From Dehalococcoidia bacterium (GTDB lineage: Bacteria > Chloroflexota > Dehalococcoidia > Bin125): 64,000 bases of DNA. The stretch spans positions 2,183,547-2,247,546 of the forward strand of contig OZ244584.1 in assembly GCA_965218115.1 (NCBI GenBank), read 5' to 3'. Under the pieces are notes generated by a model that was not told where the DNA came from, did not search any database, and saw nothing but the letters and a program-made list of their open reading frames with translations. Each line of letters opens with the position of its first letter. Position 1 is the stretch's first letter. The translations under genes were made by a program, and so were the position numbers. Below are positions 10,265-27,232 of the stretch, piece by piece.

Positions 10265-11144
10265 CGCCGCCGTCCCCTGGACCGACAACAGCCGACGCTT
10301 CGCCCGCGAGCGCGAGTTCGCCCGCCGCTTCTCGCGCCGGCCGGCTGGCATGGCCAGCCTCTTCATCATCCTGATCGTCCTGTTCGCCGCCATCTTCACC
10401 GGCGTCGCTGACACCCACGACCCGATCGCCACCGATTTCGACGCCCTCTTCGCCGACCCCTCCGGCGCCCACTGGCTGGGTACCGACAATCTGGGCCGCG
10501 ACACCTACTCCCGGATCGTCCACGGCGCCCGTACCGCCCTGCTCGTCGGCGTCATCTCCGTCGGGATCGGCGTCACCATCGGCATGCCCTACGGCATGCT
10601 CGCCGGCTACCTGGGCGGCCGCAAAGACGAAGTCATGATGCGCGTGATGGACGCCCTCTACGCCTTCCCCGCCCTGCTGCTCGCGCTGATCATCATCGCC
10701 GTGCTCGGCACCGGAGTGTTCAACGTGATGATCGCGATCGGAGTCGTCTTCATCCCCGGACTGGCGCGGCTCGTGCGCGGCAGCACGCTGTCCGTCAAGG
10801 CGATGGAGTACGTGCTCGCCGCCGAGTCCAGTGGGGCGAGCACCCCGCGCATCATCTTCCAGCACATCGCGCCCAACATCCTCGCTCCCGTGATCGTGCA
10901 GGGCTCGCTCGCGATCGGTTTCGCGATCATCGCCGAGGCTGGTCTCAGCTTCCTCGGGCTCGGCACTCAGCCACCCGACCCCTCCTGGGGCTCGATGCTC
11001 AGCGGCGCGCAGCGCTTCCTCACCAGCAAGGGCATCCTGGCCGTCTTCCCCGGCCTCGCGATCGTGCTCACCGTGCTCGCCTTCAACCTGCTCGGCGACA
11101 CCCTCCGCGACCTGCTCGACCCCCGCCTGCGCGGCGCCAACTGA
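10257..11144 (+). CDS. ABC transporter permease (DppC/OppC-like)
   Basis: MSSAAVPW...HWLGTDNLGRDTYSRIVHGART... and C-terminal LGDTLRDLLDPRLRG. ATG at 10257 overlaps the upstream stop by 8 nt. Confidence 0.9.
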   Translation: MSSAAVPWTDNSRRFAREREFARRFSRRPAGMASLFIILIVLFAAIFTGVADTHDPIATDFDALFADPSGAHWLGTDNLGRDTYSRIVHGARTALLVGVISVGIGVTIGMPYGMLAGYLGGRKDEVMMRVMDALYAFPALLLALIIIAVLGTGVFNVMIAIGVVFIPGLARLVRGSTLSVKAMEYVLAAESSGASTPRIIFQHIAPNILAPVIVQGSLAIGFAIIAEAGLSFLGLGTQPPDPSWGSMLSGAQRFLTSKGILAVFPGLAIVLTVLAFNLLGDTLRDLLDPRLRGAN

Positions 11145-11216
11145 ACACTCGCCGCCGAGCGGCGGGACGGAAGCCGAGCAGCGGCCGACGCGCATGAGAG
11201 CGTCGGCGCGACGGCA

Positions 11217-11245
11217 GGCTGGCGGGTCCGTGCGACCCGCCAGCC
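11217..11245 (+). terminator. intrinsic terminator-like hairpin after the permease genes
   Basis: GGCTGGCGGGTC-cgtgc-GACCCGCCAGCC is a 12-bp perfect stem followed by gcagcTTcTTggg. A second hairpin, GCCGACGC-N8-GCGTCGGC, lies at 11184-11207. Confidence 0.6.
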
Positions 11246-11274
11246 GCAGCTTCTTGGGAACGCACTGAATAACG

Positions 11275-11297
11275 CTTCCCCCGCTTCGCGGGGGGAG
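11275..11297 (-). terminator. hairpin downstream of rpoC
   Basis: Minus-strand RNA CUCCCCCCGC-gaa-GCGGGGGAAG followed by cgUUaUUc, 26 nt after the rpoC stop (TAA, 11323-11325). Confidence 0.5.
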
Positions 11298-11322
11298 AGG
11301 ATCCGACCTGTTCAGAGGCTTC

Positions 11323-19747
<8,425 letters not shown>

Positions 19748-20154
19748 CTCAACTCCTCCTGATGCTGCTCGGACTCAGTGGCTCCGACTGAATCGCTCTC
19801 ACGCGCGGGACCGCGATCCTGCGCACGCGACGGCGCGGCCGCCGCGAGCGGCTGGGAACGCGTTGGGAAACAGCTCAGGCAGAGTGGTCCTCGCCGATAG
19901 CTGCACGCCGACACCGCGAGGCGCGGCGCAGAGAGACGTTCGCCGAAGGCTGACATGTTCCGGGCATGGTTGGTCAAGTAAGGAGTCTACAGATCGCCCA
20001 GTCCGGTCGTCAAGCCGCCGATCAGGCCGGCGACCCGGCCGAACCTGAACCGCTTCACCCACCGCGGCTACACGCTACCGTGTATCCTGAACGCGGTCAC
20101 CCAGCCACGACGCAGCCAGCACGCCAGCCAGCAGACCAGCAGGCCGAACCACCG

Positions 20155-20517
20155 ATGCCCGACCGCCGATCGACCGACCGCACACGCCGCGACGAGGCCT
20201 GGAACGCCGAAGCGATCCGGCGCCTGCGCGCCCACCTCGGCCTCACCCAGGCCGAGCTCGCCGACGAGCTCAACACCCGCCAGCAGACCATCTCGGAGTG
20301 GGAGCGCGGCGCCTATCGCCCGCGTGGGCCTTCCGCCCGGCTGCTGACCCGCGTCGCCGAGGACGTGTCGTTCGCGTATGAGGCCGGCGCCCCGAGCACC
20401 GCGCGCGGCAGCGACGAGGGCGACGAGGGCGACGACCAGTTCGAACGCGACCATGTCAGCGACCACATCAGCGACCATGACGGCGAAGCGACCGAGCATG
20501 TCGACCCCGGACGCTAA
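20155..20517 (+). CDS. XRE-family helix-turn-helix transcriptional regulator with acidic C-terminal tail
   Basis: IRRLRAHLGLTQAELADELNTRQQTISEWERGAYRP is a classic HTH_3 motif. I prefer ATG at 20155 over the ORF-track start at 19966, which runs into the rpoB leader. The start is uncertain. Confidence 0.75.
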   Translation: MPDRRSTDRTRRDEAWNAEAIRRLRAHLGLTQAELADELNTRQQTISEWERGAYRPRGPSARLLTRVAEDVSFAYEAGAPSTARGSDEGDEGDDQFERDHVSDHISDHDGEATEHVDPGR

Positions 20518-21760
20518 GCCGGCGGCTCACCCGGCCGCGGCCGAGCTGGGCGGCGAGCTGGCCCTGCAGCGGCGCTGGGCCGAAGGCCGCTGGCCGAGCC
20601 CCTGGTTGCGCCTCGAACCGCGCGAGTCGCCGGCCGGCGAGCAACGCCCCGCGCCGGCCGCCGATCAGCTCGGCCCGCCACTGCGCGTCTGCTTCGCCGG
20701 GCGCTGGAACCGTGCCGCCGGGCCCGACTTCCGCGATGCGATCCTGCTCGACGCCGACGGCCGCGCGCGGCGCGGCGACATCGAGCTGCACCGCCGCGCC
20801 GCCGGCTGGCGCCAGCATGGTCACCACACCGACCCCGCCTACGCCCGCGTGTTTCTGCATGTGCTCGGCGCCGGCCCCGACAACGCGCAGCAGGGCGCGC
20901 CGCCCGCGGCCCTGCTGGCGCCCGGCGGCAGCGCGGCGGCGCCGCCGCCCTGCGCCGACGTGCTCCAACGCGCCGGGCCGGCGGCCGTCGCGGCCCGGCT
21001 GCGGCGCCTCGGCTGCCGCCGGCTACAACGCAAGGCCGAGTTCCTGCGCCGGCGCCTCCGGCCCGAGGGCGAGTCCGACCCCGATGAGCTGGCCGCCTGG
21101 GCCCTGGCCCGCGCGCTCGCGATGCCGCACAACGCGGAGCTGCTCGGCGCGGCGCTCGAACAGGCCTGGCCCGAGACCCGCAGCGCCGATCCAAGCGCAT
21201 GGTCCGCGACCCTGCGCGACCAGCTGCATAGCGCCGCGGCTCGGCAGCCCGGCTGGAGGGCCGGTCGCGGCGCGCTCGGCCGCCGCGCCGGCGCCGTCGA
21301 GATCCTGATCACGCTGCTGCAGCGCTGGGGCCGCGATGGCGCCGCCGACGCGGTCCGTCGGCTCGCCGGCCTCAAACCCGGCGCAGCCGTCGAGCTGCTG
21401 CGCATCCCCCGGCGGCTGGGCCCCGCCCGCAGCCGCCAGCTGCTCGCCGACGCCGTCTACCCCGCGGCGCTCGCGCTCGGCGAGCCGCCCGGACCGATCG
21501 GCCAACGCTGGCTCAGCCTGCCCGCGGCGCGCTACCTGCGCACCGACCCACTGCGCGATCGGCTCAGCCCGCGCGAGGTAGCCGGGGCGCCCGGGGCGCT
21601 GCGCTGGCGTCACGCCGGGGCCCAGGCGCTGCTCGAGCTCGAACATGGCTGGTGCCGCCAGGGCGCCTGCGCCGTCTGCCCGCTCGGCCGCCTCAATCGC
21701 GCCCGCCGGCCGCCTCCGGGCGCGTTGGTCCCCAGCCTCAACCTGCCCGGCGACGTGTGA
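20498..21760 (+). CDS. DUF2851-like protein (function unknown)
   Basis: GRWNRAAGPDFRDAILLDADGRARRGDIELHRRAAGWRQHGHHTDPAYARVFLHVLG resembles the conserved DUF2851 core. The start (ATG 20498; alternatives 20453 and 20477) overlaps the XRE gene's 3' end. Confidence 0.6.
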   Translation: MSTPDAKPAAHPAAAELGGELALQRRWAEGRWPSPWLRLEPRESPAGEQRPAPAADQLGPPLRVCFAGRWNRAAGPDFRDAILLDADGRARRGDIELHRRAAGWRQHGHHTDPAYARVFLHVLGAGPDNAQQGAPPAALLAPGGSAAAPPPCADVLQRAGPAAVAARLRRLGCRRLQRKAEFLRRRLRPEGESDPDELAAWALARALAMPHNAELLGAALEQAWPETRSADPSAWSATLRDQLHSAAARQPGWRAGRGALGRRAGAVEILITLLQRWGRDGAADAVRRLAGLKPGAAVELLRIPRRLGPARSRQLLADAVYPAALALGEPPGPIGQRWLSLPAARYLRTDPLRDRLSPREVAGAPGALRWRHAGAQALLELEHGWCRQGACAVCPLGRLNRARRPPPGALVPSLNLPGDV

Positions 21761-21769
21761 GCCGGCCCG

Positions 21770-22810
21770 TTAGCGCGCGCCAGCCGAGAAGACCGCCGGC
21801 CCCGAGGTGCTGAACACGTCGAAATCGAGCGCCGCGGCGGCGCGGTCGCGGCGATAGCTGGCGGCCGCGCCGATCATCGCCGCGTTGTCCGTGCACAGCG
21901 CGATCGGCGGCACCCGCAGCGGCACGGCGCAGCGCTCGCGCAAGGCCTCGCGCAGCGCCCCGTTGGCCGCGACGCCGCCGGCCACGATCACGCAGGCCGC
22001 GCCCAGCTGCTCGGCCGCCGCCGCCGTCTTCGTCGCGAGCACATCGACCACCGACTGCTGAAATCGCGCCGCCAGCGCCGGCCCGTCGAACTCGCCCGCG
22101 CGCGTGCGATGCAGCACCGCCGTCTTCAGCCCGCTAAACGAAAAGTCATAGCTGCCGCGCAGCCACGCGCGGGGCAGCGGCTCGGTCGCGGCCAACCGCT
22201 CGGGATCGGCCGTGCGCGCCACCCGCTCGATCTCCGGCCCGCCCGGAAACGGCAGCCCCAGCAGCCGCCCCACTTTGTCGAACGCCTCGCCCGCGGCGTC
22301 GTCGCGGGTCTGCCCCAGCCTGCTGACATCGCCGTGGTCGCGAATGAAGAAGAGCTCCGTGTGTCCGCCCGAGACGACCAGCGCGACCAACGGGAACGGC
22401 GGCGGGGTGTCGTCCCACGGCTCGCGCGCCGGCCGCAGCCAGTTCGCGTACAGATGCCCCTCGATGTGATGGATCGGAATCAGCGGCAGCCCGCGCGCCC
22501 AGGCCGCCGCCTTCGCGGCGTTGACCCCGACCAGCAGCGATCCGCCCAGGCCCGGGCCCTGCGTCACGGCGATCGCGTCCAGCTCGTCCCAGCCGCAGCC
22601 GGCCGCGTCGAGCGTGCCCTGCAGCACCGCCGCCAGATTGCGCAGGTGTTCACGACCCGCCAGCTCCGGCACGACCCCGCCGTAGCGGCTGTGAATCTCG
22701 ACCTGCGACGCGACCACCGAGGCGAGCACCTCCACGCCGTCCTCGATCACCGCGCCGGCGAACTCATCGCACGACGACTCCAACGCCAGCACCCGAAAAT
22801 GATCGTTCAT
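21770..22810 (-). CDS. tsaD: tRNA N6-adenosine threonylcarbamoyltransferase (Kae1/Gcp family)
   Basis: MNDHFRVLALESSCDEFAGAVIEDG...EIHSRYGGVVPELAGREHL...HIEGHLYAN...VVSGGHTELF. ATG at 22810. Confidence 0.93.
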   Translation of the reverse strand: MNDHFRVLALESSCDEFAGAVIEDGVEVLASVVASQVEIHSRYGGVVPELAGREHLRNLAAVLQGTLDAAGCGWDELDAIAVTQGPGLGGSLLVGVNAAKAAAWARGLPLIPIHHIEGHLYANWLRPAREPWDDTPPPFPLVALVVSGGHTELFFIRDHGDVSRLGQTRDDAAGEAFDKVGRLLGLPFPGGPEIERVARTADPERLAATEPLPRAWLRGSYDFSFSGLKTAVLHRTRAGEFDGPALAARFQQSVVDVLATKTAAAAEQLGAACVIVAGGVAANGALREALRERCAVPLRVPPIALCTDNAAMIGAAASYRRDRAAAALDFDVFSTSGPAVFSAGAR

Positions 22811-22904
22811 TGCGCTCGATCCCTGTTCCTCCACCGGCCACGTGTCCGATGGATTGTGGCCTGCCGACATCCACGCTGAGCGTACCCTTGCCGGACCAGC
22901 CCGC

Positions 22905-25265
22905 CTACGACCCTGCCTGGTCGTCCGCGTTCGGCAGCGGCGAGGTCAGCAGCACGCTCTCGAACGCGTAGATCACCCGACCGCTCGCCTCGTCGACCGC
23001 GACTCCCCGCACCCCGCGCAGCTGCTCGGACGCAATCTGGCGGCTCAACGCCCCGTCGGGGCCCAGAATCAGCACCCGGTCGTTGCCCCGGTCGGCCAGA
23101 TAGATCAGCCCCGACGGTTGACCCACGCTGATCGAGGCCGGGGCCAGCGGCTCGCGGTCCAGACCCTCCAGCGTCAACGGCCGCTCCTCCTGGTCGACGA
23201 AGCGTCGCAGCCGACCGTCGCTCAGCGTGATCAGGATCGCCACGCTGCCGTCCGACTGCGCCGCGATCGCGATCTCCGTGCCCGCCGCCAGATCGGTCCG
23301 CGGCGTCATCCGCGACGGCGCGCCGAGCTGCAGCCGCTCGTCGGGCGCCGTCCGGGGGAAGAGCCAGACCGCGCCACCCTGCGCGTCGAGCACCCACAGC
23401 CCGCTGTCGCTGACCGCGATCGCGTCCAGCGAGCCCAATCGCTCAAGCTCCGGCAGGCCGACCAGCAGCGCCCCGGCCGGGTCCAGCCGGAACAGCTGCC
23501 CGGCGCTGTCCAGCACCCACAGCGCCTCACCGTCCGGCGCCAGCGAAATCGGTCGCGCCGCGTGCCGTTCGCCCGCTGCATCCAGCGCCGCACCCTCCGT
23601 GAACACCACGCTCGCCAGTCCCTCGGGGCTGATCGAGAACACCCGCCCGCCCGCGTCGTCCAGCACATACAGCCGCTCGCCGGCCCGCCGCACGGCGCCC
23701 AGCGCGATGCTCGGCCCGAAGCGCCCCAGGTCGACCAGCGTCGAAAGCTCGGTCGGTACCACCACCAGCTCCAGCTCGGCCAGCGCCGCCTCGATCTCCG
23801 TGCGCAGATCCAGCGCCTGCTGGTCGAGCGGCTTGTGCTCCAGCGCCAGATTCACGTCGCCGCGCGCCTGCCGCAGCGCCGCCCGCGAGCTCTCCAGATC
23901 GACCCCCAGGGCGGCCGCCGCCAGACCCTGGCGCGCCTGCTCGATCCGCTCGCTGAACTGCTCATCGCCGCGCGACAGCAGCGTCGGCAGCAGCAGCGCC
24001 GCGGCCACGCCCGCCAGCACGATCGCCATCAGGCCCAGCGCCAACAGCGTCGTCCGCAGCGGCGGCGCGCGACGCCTCCGCTTGCGCTCCAGCTCCGGAC
24101 GCTGCGCCGACGGCGCCGGGATCTCGTCGCTCAGATTCATCAGCGGCCGCTCCCAGCTCGGCGCCGCCGCCGCCGGTCCTGCGGCGATCGCCAGGACGGG
24201 CAGGTCGACCACCACGAACGGGTTGCTCGGCCAACCACCGCGCAGCGTTGGCGGGCTGCTGAACGACACCGCGACGCCCGCCCCCCAGTCCGCCATCCGG
24301 TCATCGCGCCGCGACTCCTCCACGTCCGGATCCGCCGCCGCCGCGGCGGCCTCGCCGCGCTGCAAGAGGCGCCGCAGGCCGGCCGGACGCGCCCCCGCCT
24401 CAACCTGCTCCGCCGCCTCGCGCTCCGTCCTCGCGACATCCGGCTGCCCATCCCGATCGAGGTCCCGCAGGGAGTCCGAACGCGGCGTCGCAGTCGAATC
24501 TCGCGACGCCGACTCGACGGCGGCCGATTCGCCGCCCAACCCGCCGGGGACCTCCGGCGCCGACCGCCGACCGACCGACGGGGAGCCCGCCCCCGGCGGC
24601 AGCGCGATCACCAACGCCGCCGAGGGGCTGAACTCGCGCAGCCCCGGATACAGATTGCGCAGCACGTCATCCACCGCCAGCCGGCCCAACCCCACCCGCC
24701 CCGCCGCATCCACCAGCCGCTCCGCGTTGCTGGTCAGCAGCAGCGCCCAGCCGTCCGCCGCGGTCGGCATCGGGAAGAACTGCAGCGCCAGCGCGCCCGA
24801 CCCGCCAATCGGCTGCGCGACCGGATCGTCGCCCCGATGCGCGCGCACCTGCAGCGCCCGCAAGCCCGACGTCGGATCGCCCGCCAGGACGGCCAGCGAG
24901 GGCCCCGCCTGGGCCAGAATGCCCGCATCGCCCTCGCGCAGAATTGCACACGACAGCCCATACGACACCTGCTGAGCGGGCAGATGCTCGCGATTCCACT
25001 GCCGCAGCTCCTCGTGCCGGTCCTCCAGCGCCTCCGTCAGCGCACCCGTCAGCGAACGCCGGGTCGGGTCGAACGCCTCTCCGACCCGCGCCACGAACGT
25101 CTCGATGAAGTTGTCGCCGGCCGAACTCGCCGACTCCGCCAGCAGAAAGATCCGGACCAGCCGGCCACGCCGGTCGCGCCGCTCGCTGAACGCGATCTGC
25201 GGCGCATCCTCGACGGCATTGCCGCCCGCGATCCGCAAGTGCGAGGTCCACACCTGGTCAGTCAT
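22905..25265 (-). CDS. membrane protein: degenerate PP2C-like cytoplasmic domain, Pro/Ala/Arg-rich linker, one TM helix, extracytoplasmic NHL-like beta-propeller repeats
   Basis: 786-aa ORF. TM segment TTLLALGLMAIVLAGVAAALLLPTLL at about 23975-24055. C-terminal repeats: RLYVLDDAGGRVFSISPEG, ALWVLDSAGQLFRLDP, GLWVLDAQGGAVWLF, LIYLADRGNDRVLILGPDG. The N-terminal motif order resembles PP2C. Product is inferred. Confidence 0.7.
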   Translation of the reverse strand: MTDQVWTSHLRIAGGNAVEDAPQIAFSERRDRRGRLVRIFLLAESASSAGDNFIETFVARVGEAFDPTRRSLTGALTEALEDRHEELRQWNREHLPAQQVSYGLSCAILREGDAGILAQAGPSLAVLAGDPTSGLRALQVRAHRGDDPVAQPIGGSGALALQFFPMPTAADGWALLLTSNAERLVDAAGRVGLGRLAVDDVLRNLYPGLREFSPSAALVIALPPGAGSPSVGRRSAPEVPGGLGGESAAVESASRDSTATPRSDSLRDLDRDGQPDVARTEREAAEQVEAGARPAGLRRLLQRGEAAAAAADPDVEESRRDDRMADWGAGVAVSFSSPPTLRGGWPSNPFVVVDLPVLAIAAGPAAAAPSWERPLMNLSDEIPAPSAQRPELERKRRRRAPPLRTTLLALGLMAIVLAGVAAALLLPTLLSRGDEQFSERIEQARQGLAAAALGVDLESSRAALRQARGDVNLALEHKPLDQQALDLRTEIEAALAELELVVVPTELSTLVDLGRFGPSIALGAVRRAGERLYVLDDAGGRVFSISPEGLASVVFTEGAALDAAGERHAARPISLAPDGEALWVLDSAGQLFRLDPAGALLVGLPELERLGSLDAIAVSDSGLWVLDAQGGAVWLFPRTAPDERLQLGAPSRMTPRTDLAAGTEIAIAAQSDGSVAILITLSDGRLRRFVDQEERPLTLEGLDREPLAPASISVGQPSGLIYLADRGNDRVLILGPDGALSRQIASEQLRGVRGVAVDEASGRVIYAFESVLLTSPLPNADDQAGS

Positions 25266-25285
25266 GGTCAGCCCTGGTCAGCCCT
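25255..25285. repeat. three copies of TGGTCAG at exact 10-nt period spanning the start codon of the 786-aa gene
   Basis: cTGGTCAGtcaTGGTCAGcccTGGTCAGccc. 25266-25275 and 25276-25285 are identical 10-mers (ggtcagccct). Confidence 0.9.
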
Positions 25286-25387
25286 GGCGCGTCATGAATG
25301 CCGGGCTCGTCCTCGCCGCCGGCGCCCGTCCGGCTCATCGTAGCGCGCATTACAGTTGCCGCCGCGCCTGATCATTACGACGATCCG

Positions 25388-25393
25388 TATAAT
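25388..25393 (+). promoter_or_regulatory. perfect TATAAT hexamer (candidate -10 for the 25474-28230 gene set)
   Basis: ccgTATAATctg lies 81 nt upstream of the ATG at 25474. No good -35 is present (CGCCTG at 17-nt spacing). A perfect TATAAT is unusual in this GC-rich context. Confidence 0.35.
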
Positions 25394-25473
25394 CTGCCGA
25401 TGACTGGCGTCGTGCGCGCGTCGTGCGCAGGCCGCGTGCGACCGGGCCCGACGGCCCGAGGAGCGGGGATCAT

Positions 25474-25941
25474 ATGCCGGACGCCTCAGCGGCGCATCAG
25501 CCGACCCAGCAGGCGAGCCAACAAGCCGCCCAGGATTCCGCCTTGCGCGCGGAACTGCGGGTGCGCCTCGCCGACGAAGCGCTCAGCGCCGCCGCTGCGC
25601 GCCTCGAAGCGCTGCTGCGCGAAGCCGCCCACGAACTCCGACCTTTCCCGCCCTTCCCCGGCGCCTTCTTCACGATCGGCATCGAGGTCGAGCCCGACGG
25701 CGTGCTCGACCGCAACATCGGCTGCGTCGTCGTCACCGAACAGGGCGACCTGCGCGAACTGCAAATCTCGTTCGACGACGAAGGCCCGGCCGCGCAGCTC
25801 GGCGCCGGCGACCCCGTCTCGATGCGCGATGAAACCCTGATCGAGCTCGAACACATCTCGCCGCACGACCGCCTCGCCCTCGCCTACAACGGCCTCCAGG
25901 CCGTCACGGCGATCCTGCGCGATCGCGCAGCGGAGGAGTAG
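25474..25941 (+). CDS. hypothetical protein (155 aa)
   Basis: GAGGAG lies 8 nt upstream of the ATG at 25474. The stop is 3 nt before the next gene's start. No recognisable motif. Confidence 0.6.
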   Translation: MPDASAAHQPTQQASQQAAQDSALRAELRVRLADEALSAAAARLEALLREAAHELRPFPPFPGAFFTIGIEVEPDGVLDRNIGCVVVTEQGDLRELQISFDDEGPAAQLGAGDPVSMRDETLIELEHISPHDRLALAYNGLQAVTAILRDRAAEE

Positions 25942-25944
25942 ACC

Positions 25945-27207
25945 GTGCAAATCCTGACCTTCCTCCTGCGGATCGCCCCCTGGCTCGCCGGCCTCTGGCT
26001 CTACCGCACCCTTCAGCAGCAGCAGCAGCTCGAACGCGACCTCACGCAGGAGCGACTCGACCACCTCCAGCTTCAGCTCACCTCCGAACGGGCCCGCCGC
26101 GAGCAGGCCGAACTGATGGCCCGCGAAGCCGTCCAGGCCCACACCTCGGCCGCCGCCGAGACAGCCGCAGCCCCTGTCGCGCCTGCCACGTCCGTAGCGC
26201 CGGCCGCGCCCGTCGCCCCTACCGCGCCCGCAGCCCCTGCCGCCGTCGCGCCTGCCGGCCCCGTCGCCTCTGCCGCGCCAACCTGGCAGCCGAGCGCGCC
26301 GCCAACCGCGCAACCACCCCAACCGGCCGCGCCGGTCGCCTTGCCCACGCCGCCTGCTGCGCAACCTCCGAGCGCCCCACCGCCCCCGCCCCGACCCGCC
26401 GCGGTCGCCCCCGCCCCGGCGCCAACGCCGGCAGCCGCGCCCGCTCCGGCGCCGGCGGCGCCGCCCATCCAGACCCCGGCGGAACGACCCGCGGCCCCGC
26501 TTTCTGCCGCGCCCGTCGCAGTGCCCGCGGGCGCGCCTGCTGCCATGCCGACCGCGATGCCCAGCGCGGACGGCGCAGCCCCGGCCCAGATCCCCGCGGC
26601 GCGCAGCGCCGCCTCCTACCTCGACGAAGGCAACGCCCACTTCGGCGCCGGCGCCTACGAACAGGCCGGCATGCAGTACGGCCGCGCGATCGACATCGAC
26701 CCCAACTCCGCCGCCGCCTACTACAACCGCGCCAACGCGCTCGTCCGCATGGACCGCACCGAAGATGCCGCGCGCGACTACGAACGCGCCATTGAGCTCG
26801 CCCCCGACGATCCGGATATCTATGTCAACCGCGGACTGCTGCGGCTCTTCGGGCGCGACTTCGACTCCGCCGAGCAGGACTTCCGCCACGCGCTCGACCT
26901 GCGGCCCGACGACGGCGCCGCCCACACCAACCTCGGCCTGACCCTGCTCTACGAAGAGCGCCCCCAGGAGGCGCTCGACTCCTTCACCACCGCCGTCGCG
27001 CTTGAGCCGGGCCAGCCCGGCGCGCACTACGGCCTCGCCAGTGCCGCCGCCACCCTCGGCCAGGCTGAGACCGCCGTCTCCGCCCTGCTGCAGGCCACCA
27101 GCCTCAACCCTCGCTATGCCGAAGCCGCCCGCACCGACGACCACTTCGAGTCGCTGCGCGGCAACTCCGGCTTCCAGTCGCTCGTCGGCGACGCCGCCAG
27201 CGCCTGA
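25945..27207 (+). CDS. membrane-anchored TPR-repeat protein with Pro/Ala-rich spacer
   Basis: GTG at 25945, 6 nt after GGAGGAG. N-terminal TM (ILTFLLRIAPWLAGLWLY), a coiled-coil stretch, an approximately 130-aa PA-rich tract, then 5-6 TPR units (AYYNRANALVRMDRTEDAARDYERAIELAPDD...). Confidence 0.8.
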   Translation: MQILTFLLRIAPWLAGLWLYRTLQQQQQLERDLTQERLDHLQLQLTSERARREQAELMAREAVQAHTSAAAETAAAPVAPATSVAPAAPVAPTAPAAPAAVAPAGPVASAAPTWQPSAPPTAQPPQPAAPVALPTPPAAQPPSAPPPPPRPAAVAPAPAPTPAAAPAPAPAAPPIQTPAERPAAPLSAAPVAVPAGAPAAMPTAMPSADGAAPAQIPAARSAASYLDEGNAHFGAGAYEQAGMQYGRAIDIDPNSAAAYYNRANALVRMDRTEDAARDYERAIELAPDDPDIYVNRGLLRLFGRDFDSAEQDFRHALDLRPDDGAAHTNLGLTLLYEERPQEALDSFTTAVALEPGQPGAHYGLASAAATLGQAETAVSALLQATSLNPRYAEAARTDDHFESLRGNSGFQSLVGDAASA

Positions 27208-27232
27208 GCCCGGTCCGCCGGAGAATGCCCGC

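Noticed and set aside
19748-20154. The long (about 400 nt) region upstream of rpoB as a structured leader, ncRNA or small gene.
   Set aside because: I found only a weak TTGACC -35-like hexamer without a convincing -10, short 5-bp hairpins, and Arg/Pro-rich spurious ORFs. Nothing is supportable by eye.
22842-25343. 833-aa and 582-aa plus-strand ORFs overlapping the 786-aa minus-strand gene.
   Set aside because: Their composition is Arg/Pro/Gln/Ala low complexity. The minus-strand frame has a TM helix, repeat blades, and a start context consistent with neighbouring genes.
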